A stretch of 64,000 nucleotides of DNA from a bacterium (GCA_009995455.1 JAACPJ010000001.1:45043-109042); one strand, 5' to 3'; shown: positions 9,365 through 18,972, numbered from the stretch's first letter. Translations and numbers: made by a program. Notes: generated by a model not told the origin, from the letters alone.

Positions 9365-10228
9365 CTACAAAGGTTTCCAGAATACCTGGTTTGGAATTCT
9401 TAAGTCTACGTGTTCAAGCGGCTGCGTATAAAGATTGATTTCGTCACTGACTAAATCTATTTTACGCGCTTGTTGCAGCGTATCAGCTCTCAAATCAAAC
9501 CAAAAAGCCGTACCAGAATCTGAAACCAAGTGCACTTCATAAGCAATGGGTAAATACCGAATTTCTTCTACTGGGATTCTTAACTCTTCGGCAAACATCG
9601 TTCTAAGAGCGGTGATATCTTTCAATACTTGTGGGGTCGCAAATTTTTCTCTTGATTTAAGGGTTTGATCATAATTTAAAATTTTAAGTACTGGTAGGCC
9701 TTCGGCCGCTTCTTGCCGAAGCACGACTCCGTCTTCAGATAAAACCGAAAAGGTCGCATCGTATTCATTTAATACTTGGTAAAAAGGGGGAGATAAAACA
9801 ATCTCTACCACCAAAGTATCAGGCCAGTTCTCACTTAGTTTTACTTCTCTAAATTCTGGAAAGGTTTCCAGCAACCGTTGTTCAATGTTGCTTTGTGAAA
9901 TAAACAATAAATTCTGTCCGTAAAACTCTGCCATCAAGTTTTCAACGGCTTGCACATCGAGCGCGGGATTATCACGTTTTACTTCTACCTGTTTTAAATC
10001 AAAGTAGGGCGAAAAAAACGCAAACAAAGTAAACGCTAGCATAAAAATACACGCCAAAGTCAGCAGGGTAGAACCTTTTAAAAGACTCCCAAACTGTCTA
10101 AAAAAACGCAGCTTGGCCATAGCATTTAAAGCGCGATTTCTCGTCGTTTTTGGTTTTTTACGAACCGTTTGATTAGAGTCCAGCAAAAAATACTTACGAC
10201 GCTTGGCAGAGCTTTGTTTTTTTTTCAT
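9365..10228 (-). CDS. ftsQ: cell division protein FtsQ/DivIB-like (POTRA)
   Basis: Basic N-terminus, single TM, then a POTRA-like FDLKQVEVKRDNPALDVQAVENLM segment. Confidence 0.55.
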   Translation of the reverse strand: MKKKQSSAKRRKYFLLDSNQTVRKKPKTTRNRALNAMAKLRFFRQFGSLLKGSTLLTLACIFMLAFTLFAFFSPYFDLKQVEVKRDNPALDVQAVENLMAEFYGQNLLFISQSNIEQRLLETFPEFREVKLSENWPDTLVVEIVLSPPFYQVLNEYDATFSVLSEDGVVLRQEAAEGLPVLKILNYDQTLKSREKFATPQVLKDITALRTMFAEELRIPVEEIRYLPIAYEVHLVSDSGTAFWFDLRADTLQQARKIDLVSDEINLYTQPLEHVDLRIPNQVFWKPL

Positions 10229-10254
10229 CCAAAAATACTAAAAATCACCGCGGC

Positions 10255-10803
10255 TTAAACGGTTAAAATATCTTTTTCTTTTTGTTTTGCCCGTTCATCT
10301 ACACTCTGATTGGCTTGATCTACCTTTTCTTGAACTTTTTTCTCCATAGATTTTTGTTCATCTTCCGACAATTCGCCTTCTTCTTTCATCGCTTTAATCA
10401 TTTTAAGCTCATCATGACGAGCGTTCCGAATTGAAATTTTCGCTTTTTCCGCCAGTTCGTGCACAAACTTAACCATTTGTTTTCGACGATCTTCGGTCAT
10501 TGGAGGAATCGGTAAAAACAAGTGTTCTCCCATGTTTTGGGGGTTAATCCCAAGGTTTGCTTCTTGAATAGCTCTCTCAATATTACCGAGAACCGATTTA
10601 TCCCACGGCTCAATTTTGATCGTCTTTGGATCTGGACAAGAAATATTCGCCACACTTTTAAGTGGCATCATTGAACCATAACTTTCGACCTCAACGTCTT
10701 CAACCAAGAGCGTGCTAGCCCGCCCAATTTGCAAAGCGGAAAACTCTTTTTGTAAATGACTAATAGCATTATCTAGTTGATTGGCGAGAGAAGATGGGTT
10801 CAT
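10255..10803 (-). CDS. frr: ribosome recycling factor
   Basis: 182 aa with GRASTLLVEDVEVESYGSMMPLKSVANI and IRNARHD motifs. Confidence 0.95.
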   Translation of the reverse strand: MNPSSLANQLDNAISHLQKEFSALQIGRASTLLVEDVEVESYGSMMPLKSVANISCPDPKTIKIEPWDKSVLGNIERAIQEANLGINPQNMGEHLFLPIPPMTEDRRKQMVKFVHELAEKAKISIRNARHDELKMIKAMKEEGELSEDEQKSMEKKVQEKVDQANQSVDERAKQKEKDILTV

Positions 10804-10874
10804 AAAACATTCTTAAAATACGGCTTCATCCTATAAAAAAAGGGTGATTGTGCAAGCCTCTGTCGCACCAGTTT

Positions 10875-12212
10875 TTAGCCTTCTACTTTTAATGATTCAG
10901 AGGGTTTTGTCGCCACCGCAAACTGCAACACTTCTCGCGCTACAACTCGATCATCAAACGGTATTTTTTTATCACCAATGGTTTGTTCTTTTTCGTGGCC
11001 ACGTCCGGCTATGACTACACAATCACCCGGCTCAGCGATGAAAATAGCGTAACGAATCGCTTCGTAGCGATCTTCAATTTCATAAAAATTATCGCCTTCG
11101 GCGCGACTCATATTGCTTCGAATCAGTTTAGCGATTTCTTTTGGATTGTCGTTTAGTGGGTCGTCAGTCGTCAGTACAAATTCATCGGCATTTTGTTCAA
11201 TAATTCGTACAGACTCGGCATAGTAAGCCTCATCTAGACTTCGGCCCCCCAAACCACCCCAAACACAGATAACTCTCCCCGAAACCATTTCATGCAACGT
11301 TTTTAATACCGCCTGTAGCCCGCTAGGTTTATAAGAAAAATCAACCACAACTGAAAAGTCCTGGCCGGCATTAACCGGTTCAAGTCGCCCAGGAATTCCC
11401 GGAAAATCAACCAACAGTTCTTCAATTTTTTTCACCGTTACTCCGTTAGCCGCCACCGTAGCCACCGCCGCCAGTAAATTAAAAATATTATGCCGCCCAA
11501 CTATTGGGGTTTTAATTTCTAAATTATGATTCGGTAAACGCACCGAAAATTCTGTACCACTCGCACTTAATTCTAAATTTTCGGCTTTTACTTCTGATGG
11601 TTTTTTTAAACTGTAACTCCAACGCTTATCGGCCGGCAACTCTTGAAAAACCTCATAGTTCGCGTCATCCCGATTTAAAATACTCACCTTTGGCACGCCT
11701 GGTTTTCGGTAACTGTTATTAAGACTTCTAAAAAGTTTCGCTTTTGAACGAACATATTCAGCAAAACTGCCGTGATAATCTAGATGCTCTAAGTCATAAA
11801 TATTGGTGAGTACCGCGGTATCAATCGCCACACCCCATAAACGGTTTTGATCTAAAGCGTGCGAAGAGACTTCAATCACCGCAAACTCACAGCCGGCACG
11901 AACCATTTGCCGTAAAAGCTTTTGCATATGCCAAGGCCGCAGGCTCGTGCGCAAAGTACCGTTATGCATTGATTTATCGCCAATGTTAAACTGAATCCCT
12001 GAAATAGACCCCGTTTTGACCCCTGAGTTTTGGAGTAAATAATGAATTAGTTCAACCGTAGTAGATTTACCAGAGGTCCCAGTAACCCCGATGACGGTCA
12101 TTTTATTTCCTGGAAATCGATAAAAAAGCGCGGCCAGCATCGCACTATAGCGATGATAAGCTAGGCGCAATGGGGAGCGTTCAGGAATGAGTTCTCGCAA
12201 CTTCTGTAACAT
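10875..12212 (-). CDS. Mur ligase family protein (MurE-like)
   Basis: VIGVTGTSGKSTT P-loop, Mur ligase middle and C-terminal domains, TTDDPLNDNP near the C-terminus. Confidence 0.75.
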   Translation of the reverse strand: MLQKLRELIPERSPLRLAYHRYSAMLAALFYRFPGNKMTVIGVTGTSGKSTTVELIHYLLQNSGVKTGSISGIQFNIGDKSMHNGTLRTSLRPWHMQKLLRQMVRAGCEFAVIEVSSHALDQNRLWGVAIDTAVLTNIYDLEHLDYHGSFAEYVRSKAKLFRSLNNSYRKPGVPKVSILNRDDANYEVFQELPADKRWSYSLKKPSEVKAENLELSASGTEFSVRLPNHNLEIKTPIVGRHNIFNLLAAVATVAANGVTVKKIEELLVDFPGIPGRLEPVNAGQDFSVVVDFSYKPSGLQAVLKTLHEMVSGRVICVWGGLGGRSLDEAYYAESVRIIEQNADEFVLTTDDPLNDNPKEIAKLIRSNMSRAEGDNFYEIEDRYEAIRYAIFIAEPGDCVVIAGRGHEKEQTIGDKKIPFDDRVVAREVLQFAVATKPSESLKVEG

Positions 12213-12260
12213 CGAGGCTTATTATCGCGTAAAGCGCTTAAAGTGACAAGCGACTCATCT

Positions 12261-12307
12261 CATCCCGGGATGTAATTTTTAAATTTGAGCGCAAACATCC
12301 TGGGAGG
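12261..12307. repeat. REP-like doublet (one exact, one degenerate copy)
   Basis: CATCCCGGGATG at 12261-12272 and CATCCTGGGAGG at 12296-12307. Intergenic, 3' of der. Confidence 0.75.
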
Positions 12308-12317
12308 CAAAAACTAG

Positions 12318-13760
12318 TTAATCTTCCTTTTCTTCTTCGCCTCGAGCGCGCCAACTAGCCATAGCGTCTTTAAGTTCCACAATAATAGGCGTGCCAGCAA
12401 AACCGTATTTCTCACGGATTTTGTTTTCCATGTACCGTTTATAAGAAAAGTGAAAAGCTTGAATGTTGTTCACAAAGAATAAAAACTTTGGGGGCGAAGT
12501 GTCGACTTGGCTCACATATTTAATTTTACCCTGTTTTAGCCCGTGTGAGGGTGTTACGTGTCCGTAATAGATATCTTTAGCCAATAAATTTAATTCACGC
12601 GTAGGAACGCGCTTTGAGCGTTCGGCGTTCACTGAAATTAATGATTCTAGAATTTTGTCGGTCCCTTTTCCGTTTTGCGCTGAAAAGAACAGCACCGGCG
12701 CCCACGGCAAGAAACTAATTTTATTATGCAGATAACTTAAATATCGGCTGCGAATATCAGCGATATCTTTATCCCACATCGGAACGGCTTCAAGTTCTCG
12801 GTCATCGGTTTCGTCATTGGTTCGAGATTTATCACGCGCCAAATCGAATTTATTAACCCCAATTAACAAAGCCTTTCCCGCATCTACAATCTGACCTGCT
12901 AAAGCCAAATCTTGATGCGTCACTCCATCTAAAGCGTCTAATAGTAATATACACACGTCAGCCCTTTCAATTGCCTGGCGTGTACGCACTACCATCCAAT
13001 ATTCCATTTCTCGGCCAATTTTCCCCGGGCGTCGCACTCCGGCGGTATCAATAAACCTAAACTGCGTTCCGTCTGGGGAGGTCCAATCGGTATCAATCGC
13101 ATCACGAGTGGTTCCCGCCACGTCAGAAACCACGCTCCGTTCTTCACCAATCATTTGGTTAAACAAAGTAGATTTTCCCACATTTGGTCGGCCCACTAAA
13201 GCCACCTTAATTCGTTCTGGGGCTTCCACTAAAGCGCTATCAATTGGTTCAAAACCCAGTTCTTGTAACCGCTCTTGAATGACTTCGGTTAAATCCCAAA
13301 AACCAAAGTTGTTTTTCGCAGAGATAATAGCGGGAACGCCAAAACCCAGTTCTGCCAGTTCATAACCTCGCATGGCTTGCCCGTCATCAATCTTATTGGC
13401 CACAAACAAGACTTTTTTGCTGACGCGTCGTAGCTTATCAGCAATATCGTAATCATCCTGAGTCAATTCCACTTTGGCATCTACCATCCACAAAATCATA
13501 TCCGCGTTGTGCAGTGCCAGTTCGGCTTGCACCTGAATCGCTGTTTCCAGTGAATTATCACCAAAGTCAGTCAGTCCAGCCGTATCCACCGCCCAATAAG
13601 TAATGGGGCCCAAGTTATCAATTTTTTCGGTCACGCTATCACGAGTAGTTCCCGCAATATCAGAAACAATCGCCCGGCGTTCACCCACCAACGAATTAAA
13701 CAAGGTTGATTTACCAACATTAGGACGCCCCACGATAGCCACAATAGGATATGATTTCAT
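12318..13760 (-). CDS. der: ribosome-associated GTPase Der/EngA
   Basis: Two tandem G domains (GRPNVGKST twice, DTAG twice, NKxD twice) plus a KH-like C-terminus. Confidence 0.95.
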   Translation of the reverse strand: MKSYPIVAIVGRPNVGKSTLFNSLVGERRAIVSDIAGTTRDSVTEKIDNLGPITYWAVDTAGLTDFGDNSLETAIQVQAELALHNADMILWMVDAKVELTQDDYDIADKLRRVSKKVLFVANKIDDGQAMRGYELAELGFGVPAIISAKNNFGFWDLTEVIQERLQELGFEPIDSALVEAPERIKVALVGRPNVGKSTLFNQMIGEERSVVSDVAGTTRDAIDTDWTSPDGTQFRFIDTAGVRRPGKIGREMEYWMVVRTRQAIERADVCILLLDALDGVTHQDLALAGQIVDAGKALLIGVNKFDLARDKSRTNDETDDRELEAVPMWDKDIADIRSRYLSYLHNKISFLPWAPVLFFSAQNGKGTDKILESLISVNAERSKRVPTRELNLLAKDIYYGHVTPSHGLKQGKIKYVSQVDTSPPKFLFFVNNIQAFHFSYKRYMENKIREKYGFAGTPIIVELKDAMASWRARGEEEKED

Positions 13761-13826
13761 TACTTGACCAACGTAGCTAAAAGGCGCGCTTAGTAAAGGG
13801 TATTAAAATAAGGAAGCGCGAATTCG

Positions 13827-13838
13827 CATCCCGGGATG
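13827..13838. repeat. REP-like palindrome flanking the RAYT gene 3' end
   Basis: Exact CATCCCGGGATG, 16 bp beyond the RAYT stop. Confidence 0.8.
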
Positions 13839-13853
13839 AAATTTAAGAACCTT

Positions 13854-14369
13854 CTAATCAAAGTCAGCAAAGAAATCTTTTTCTAAACTAAAGGTCTTCC
13901 CTGGCTCCCAACTGGTGTAAGGCCAATGCTTTATATCAGAAACAATTTCATGTTTAACGGCATTCCCTTCAATGTAATTCACTAATTGTGATAAATAGGC
14001 CTCATCTAAAACTTCTTTCGCTTTAAAACGCCCTTCAAACACCGGAGATTTTAGGCCTGGATTTAATTTACTGCCATAACGCTCTGAAAAATAGCGCGCA
14101 TACGCTACCTGTAAACGATTCATAAACTTAGAAATAGTCATCCCGGGATGGTTTTCTGAAGCAATATCAATTAACAATAAATGAAAATGATTCGGTAGAA
14201 CGCAAAAGCACTTAATAGATAGGCTTTTATACGCCGGTTTTAAATCTATTAACTTGTTAAGAAAGCGTTCGTAATCATGATTTTTATAAAATAAGGTCTG
14301 TTTGTTATAGCCACGGTTATAAACATGATAATAGGTATCGGAATCTAAAGTTCTTCTTGGCATGTTCAT
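13854..14369 (-). CDS. REP-associated tyrosine transposase (RAYT, IS200/IS605 Y1 family)
   Basis: HUH motif in VLPNHFHLLL and a Tyr region NYIEGNAVKHEIV...WPYTSW. By eye these align with E. coli RayT VLPEHMHCIW / YIYINPVKHGWV...WPFSTF. Flanked by REP-like palindromes on both sides. Confidence 0.85.
   Translation of the reverse strand: MNMPRRTLDSDTYYHVYNRGYNKQTLFYKNHDYERFLNKLIDLKPAYKSLSIKCFCVLPNHFHLLLIDIASENHPGMTISKFMNRLQVAYARYFSERYGSKLNPGLKSPVFEGRFKAKEVLDEAYLSQLVNYIEGNAVKHEIVSDIKHWPYTSWEPGKTFSLEKDFFADFD
14139..14150. repeat. REP-like palindrome inside the RAYT coding sequence
   Basis: Exact CATCCCGGGATG encoding HPGM. This is the only copy in the window that is fully internal to a coding sequence. 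Confidence 0.8.
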
Positions 14370-14497
14370 CCCGGGATGGGTAAAGCGGTTTTAGGTTACA
14401 TCCCGGGATGTATAACAGCAGAAAGACGCCGTTAGGGGAATAACCGAGCTTAATCTAAATTTCATCCCGGGATGGTTTTCCACGTCATCCCGGGATG
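14367..14497. repeat. cluster of four REP-like palindromes (two doublets)
   Basis: Exact copies at 14367-14378 (overlapping the RAYT start codon), 14399-14410, 14463-14474 and 14486-14497. Confidence 0.9.
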
Positions 14498-14512
14498 TAA
14501 AATTTCCCAAAC

Positions 14513-14555
14513 ACAAAAAAACCCCCTGCGAGTCCGAAGACCCGAGGGGGTTTTT
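14513..14555 (-). terminator. rho-independent terminator of the S-layer gene
   Basis: GC-rich hairpin CCCCCUCGGGUC-UUCG-GACUCGCAGGGGG (minus strand) followed by a U-run, 40 nt after the stop at 14596. Confidence 0.75.
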
Positions 14556-14595
14556 GAGTTTAGTCACAAAGCTGTGATTAACGTTCGATTAAAAA

Positions 14596-17500
14596 TTAAT
14601 CTTGGTTAACAAGAGCTGTTGTGTCTTGATCAAGTAGGAAACCATTGAAGAAATCATTGTTTCCACCATTAGCAGATTCATCAGCCCAAACAATGTTGTT
14701 TGTTGTAGGACTTAGAAGTGCGAATGTACTTGGACCAGCTTGTGCAGCATCCGTAGGGATAGTTACAGAAACTGAATCGTCATCAGCTAAACCACCAGCA
14801 GTATTGATAGTTGCATCGAATAGAAGCGCGTAAGTTCGAGAAGAACCAGCCGCCACGATTTGATTAGCAAAATCAATATCAACTAATGCTGTAGTAGTCG
14901 CATCACCAACCGGAGTTGCAACACGAGCCGCTGAAGTATTGATTGGAGTAGCCGTAGCTACAACAGATGAAGTATCCAATGTACCATCAGTTTTCACTTG
15001 AAGTACTCGGAAATCAACAACGTTATTTCCATTAGATGCAAGCGTAGTATCAAACTCCATACCTTGTAGAGCTACTGCAAGAGTCATTTGACCTAATTCA
15101 ACAGAGTTAGCTGCGTCAGCAGATAATGTGAATCGGTAGAACTCTTGTTCAGATAGCGAAGGATCAGCGAATGAAGGCTGAGTAGTCGCGTGACGTGCTG
15201 TCATTTGAGTTTTCAAGATCAAGAAATCTTGAGAAAGAACTCCAGCAGTCGTAACGTCAGCAGCAGCAAGATCAGAACCAGTAGCGGCAGTAACAGCTTC
15301 AACACCGTTATCACCTAATGCTGTGTCTAGATCAAGATCAAGTACTTTCCCAGATTGAGCCACACTTGAAATGTTTTTCACATCAACTCGTACAGAAACA
15401 GTAGTGTTACCGTCTTTAGGTACTCGAATTCGTGAAGTGTTTCCTAGTTCAAATTGAATTTTACCGTTAACGGCAGTTTCAGTTTGGATTAGAGCGCCAG
15501 CTGCGTTGTAAAGTTTGTACGTTACTCGGTCAGAGGCATCAGTGTTTGTAGATTTGAAGTATAGGTCAGAAACTTGTACTTCGTCATCTTCTGCAGAAAG
15601 ACGTACTTTCAAGATTTCTACATCAGTTTGGTTAGCTACAAGAATATTAGAGAAAACCGTTTCTCCTAGTTCAATAGATAGTTTACCAGAAAGTAGAATA
15701 TCGAAAGCCGCTCCACATAGAGTGTTAGCTACAGACGTATCTAAAGCATCAGTATCACAATTGGCGTCACCAGAAACAGTTTCGTCAATTGTAGCGCCTA
15801 GAGCTTCGTCGTTTTCGTTAACAATTACTTCTTGACCGTTTTCTACGTTGTCTGCGTTAACCGCAGTAACTCGAACACGGAAAGTAGAGTTAGCATTTTG
15901 TTGTGTAACCGCGTTTCCAATTGGAACAGCCGTTGCAAGAGTGTCTACAACAGTAGTATTTCCTTCTTCACCTAAACCAATAACGTTACCGCTAATAGTT
16001 CGAACAGCGAAGTCAGTTGGAGTAACAGCACCACCGGTAGCACCGATAATACGGATAGTATCACCAACTTTTAGGTCTTTAGCATCAGCTACAGTAACTG
16101 AATTAGCCGTACCTGGGTATTCAGTTGTAACGATCGAAACAGCATTAGCTGTATGACCAACACTGAAAGCTTGAGTAACCGTAATAACGGGTTGACCAGC
16201 AGCAACAGCAGTAGCAACCGTTCGAACCTCAGCACCGGCTGCAGTAGCAGTACCATCAGTTGAGATTACGATTTGATCACCAGCAGCAAGAGGCACAAGC
16301 GTTCCTCCACCACCAACATTGATAATAGTTGAAGCAGCAGCAGCAGAAGCGAACTCCTCACCACCCTCTTGAGCGCCATTACCAGCTGTACCACCACCAT
16401 TACCATCATCTCCAGACGCAACGTCTTTAGCGGAAGCAACATTAGTTTGAGTACCAGCACCATTAGCAAGCGTTGTAGAAACAGGGTTTCCAGCCGCAGC
16501 AGAAGTGTTAGTATCGAATACTACTTCGAATTCTTTTTGTGAAGCTGAATCAATAACCACAGATAGGTCGTTGAAAGTAGCAGCCCCGTTAGTATCTAGG
16601 TTTCGAGATGAACCTTGTTGAGTTCCCCCAACGAAGATTGCAGCTGTGAAATCTTGGATGTTTGCTAGAGCGTTACCAGTTGCAAGAGCAGAAACAGTAA
16701 CAGATGTAACATTAACGTCTCCTGAATCATTGTTATCGAGAACAAATTTCAACATAGAAACATCATCTACACCAGCAACAATTTCTTCAGCACCGTCGGC
16801 AAAACCGTCAGTTCGAGAAATTGTAAGGATAGATTCTTCAACTTCTACGAAAGAAGCTTCAGCAGAACCAAGAACTGTTTCGATTTGATCACCAGTTGAG
16901 ATGTATTCAGGAGAATCGAAAGCAGTATCAAGTACTTGCATTTTGATTGAACCACCAGTTACGGCGTTATCTTGAATATTCCCTACTAATTTAAGGATAG
17001 ACGTACCAGCAATTTCAAACGTAGTGTTGAAAGCTAAGTTAGCGTCAGCCAAAGTAGTACCAGAGAAATCGTTTTCAGTATCGATCAATTTGTCGTTTAG
17101 GTATAAACGGAAATTGTCGAAGTAAAGATTCATTTGAGCCAACGTCATGTTAGTTGTTTTAGCTCGATCAGTGAAAGCTTCTTTAACGTCGATTGTAACA
17201 CCATCAGTAATGATAGGTTGATCAACCACTAGACGAGCTGTAAGGAATACAACATCGTTAGAACCAGGAGCGTACTCTTGGTTGTTTAGAGAAGATGGAT
17301 CTCGTGAAATTGTAAGATCACCAGCTTCGATAAGGTAAGCTCGAAGACGAGCACAGTTATCTTCTGCTGATTCACCAGTACAAGAGTTACCAGAATCTAC
17401 AGTTTTAGTACCAGATAAAGTTCGACCGTTACCAGTGTCTGAAATGGCTTTAACACCAAATGCAGTACCGATTTCGATACCTACGATATCTTCGAAGTTA

Positions 17501-18972
17501 TCGACTTTGAAGTTGATAACATCGTCTTTTTCAGCAGAAACGATGTCTGCACGAATAGAGAAGATTCGAGAATCACCGTCTTCAACAATATAACCACCAG
17601 TTACACCATTATCTAAACGGAAAGTCATGTAATCACCATCAATAATAGTTTCAGCAGAAACTTGTTCACCAGAAACGTAAAGACCTACGTTTTCTAAGTT
17701 ATCTTCAAGTTCAGCTGTACCATCATTTTTGAAAGTAATAGCTCGAAGTTCAACATCTTTGTTGGTGTCTGAAGCGTTAAGCATTCGGAATTTACCAAGT
17801 TCGATGAAAGAATCTCCTACATCCACATTAGTATCAGAACCAAGTGGAGAGAATTTTAATTGAGTAACTTCGTAAGAAGCCACTTCCATTTCTTCACCTT
17901 CAATCGGGAAGTCACCCGCAATGTTGTCAGCAGATGAAACAATGTCATCAGCAGAAACAAGTACGAATCGGTTGTGGTGTCCTACATTTTTATCGTTTTC
18001 AGTGAACTTCATAGAAGCTACAACGTCAGCGATAATAGTTTGACCAGCAGGGATTACGATTGGTGGGTTGAATCGAAGTTCAACAACATCATCGTTATTT
18101 ACTGATTTGTCGTTACCAACTTTGAATCCGTCGATTTCTAACCAAACGTTATCAAAGTCGTCGTTATCCCCAAGACCAAGACGAGTGAAAGTCACTGAAG
18201 AGATTTCAATGTCTGCATCGTCAGAAGCTGTCATTTCAACAGTTGTGAAAGGAACAGAAGTCGCGTTGAAAGGGATGTTAGTACCTCGTGGAGTTTCGTT
18301 TGAAAGCATAACTTCCAAAGTTCCTTCCGCGATACCAGTGAAGGTACCAAGAGCTACTAATTGAGCATCGTAAACGATTTTAGCGGTTTCAGCACGAGTA
18401 ACAGCGTTACCAGGACCGAAAGTACCATCACCGTAACCACGCATAGCGCCGTTATTGTAAACCGTTTCGATGTAACCGTAGAACCAATCACCAGCGTTAA
18501 CATCATCGAAATGAGGAGCGCCAGATAGATCTTGGTCTAAAGCAAAACCGTTAACTACCATTTTAGCAATTTCGGCTCGGTTGATTCCAACACCAGGACG
18601 GAACATTCCATCAGGGTATCCGTTGATCCAACCTTCGTTGTACATAGTTTCAATGTAATCGTAGAACCAAGCAGATTGGTCTACATCAGGGAAGTGAGGA
18701 CCACCAGTAGTATCAATATCTACACCAGTAGCCAACACGATAATTTTAGAAACTTCAGCACGATTCAATTGTCGGTTAGGAGCAAAAGAACCATCATCGT
18801 TTCCAGAAAGAACGCCTTGATCCATAAGTTCTTCGATAGCTTCAGTAGCCCATGTAGGGATCTGAGCATCGTCTGTAAATCCAAGATCTTGCGCATTTGC
18901 AAAACCCATAAGAGCTACAGAAGAAAGAGCTACAGACGCAAGACCTTGTCGCAAAAAAGCAAACAAATTCAT
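14596..18972 (-). CDS. S-layer-type surface protein with N-terminal signal peptide and three SLH domains
   Basis: 1458 aa. Signal peptide ends ...GFANAQD. Three SLH repeats are visible: WATEAIEELMDQGVLSGNDDGSFAPNRQLNRAEVSKIIV, WFYDYIETMYNEGWINGYPDGMFRPGVGINRAEIAKMVV and WFYGYIETVYNNGAMRGYGDGTFGPGNAVTRAETAKIVY. The rest is long, Thr/Val/Asp/Asn-rich and beta-type, with a Gly-rich linker. Many antisense ORFs are typical of a biased gene. Confidence 0.85.
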   Translation of the reverse strand: MNLFAFLRQGLASVALSSVALMGFANAQDLGFTDDAQIPTWATEAIEELMDQGVLSGNDDGSFAPNRQLNRAEVSKIIVLATGVDIDTTGGPHFPDVDQSAWFYDYIETMYNEGWINGYPDGMFRPGVGINRAEIAKMVVNGFALDQDLSGAPHFDDVNAGDWFYGYIETVYNNGAMRGYGDGTFGPGNAVTRAETAKIVYDAQLVALGTFTGIAEGTLEVMLSNETPRGTNIPFNATSVPFTTVEMTASDDADIEISSVTFTRLGLGDNDDFDNVWLEIDGFKVGNDKSVNNDDVVELRFNPPIVIPAGQTIIADVVASMKFTENDKNVGHHNRFVLVSADDIVSSADNIAGDFPIEGEEMEVASYEVTQLKFSPLGSDTNVDVGDSFIELGKFRMLNASDTNKDVELRAITFKNDGTAELEDNLENVGLYVSGEQVSAETIIDGDYMTFRLDNGVTGGYIVEDGDSRIFSIRADIVSAEKDDVINFKVDNFEDIVGIEIGTAFGVKAISDTGNGRTLSGTKTVDSGNSCTGESAEDNCARLRAYLIEAGDLTISRDPSSLNNQEYAPGSNDVVFLTARLVVDQPIITDGVTIDVKEAFTDRAKTTNMTLAQMNLYFDNFRLYLNDKLIDTENDFSGTTLADANLAFNTTFEIAGTSILKLVGNIQDNAVTGGSIKMQVLDTAFDSPEYISTGDQIETVLGSAEASFVEVEESILTISRTDGFADGAEEIVAGVDDVSMLKFVLDNNDSGDVNVTSVTVSALATGNALANIQDFTAAIFVGGTQQGSSRNLDTNGAATFNDLSVVIDSASQKEFEVVFDTNTSAAAGNPVSTTLANGAGTQTNVASAKDVASGDDGNGGGTAGNGAQEGGEEFASAAAASTIINVGGGGTLVPLAAGDQIVISTDGTATAAGAEVRTVATAVAAGQPVITVTQAFSVGHTANAVSIVTTEYPGTANSVTVADAKDLKVGDTIRIIGATGGAVTPTDFAVRTISGNVIGLGEEGNTTVVDTLATAVPIGNAVTQQNANSTFRVRVTAVNADNVENGQEVIVNENDEALGATIDETVSGDANCDTDALDTSVANTLCGAAFDILLSGKLSIELGETVFSNILVANQTDVEILKVRLSAEDDEVQVSDLYFKSTNTDASDRVTYKLYNAAGALIQTETAVNGKIQFELGNTSRIRVPKDGNTTVSVRVDVKNISSVAQSGKVLDLDLDTALGDNGVEAVTAATGSDLAAADVTTAGVLSQDFLILKTQMTARHATTQPSFADPSLSEQEFYRFTLSADAANSVELGQMTLAVALQGMEFDTTLASNGNNVVDFRVLQVKTDGTLDTSSVVATATPINTSAARVATPVGDATTTALVDIDFANQIVAAGSSRTYALLFDATINTAGGLADDDSVSVTIPTDAAQAGPSTFALLSPTTNNIVWADESANGGNNDFFNGFLLDQDTTALVNQD

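Noticed and set aside
7351-14497. REP doublets with ~32-bp spacing as possible mini-CRISPR arrays.
   Set aside because: There are at most two to four copies per site. The repeat is only 12 bp and perfectly palindromic, no cas genes are present, and it is associated with a RAYT gene instead.
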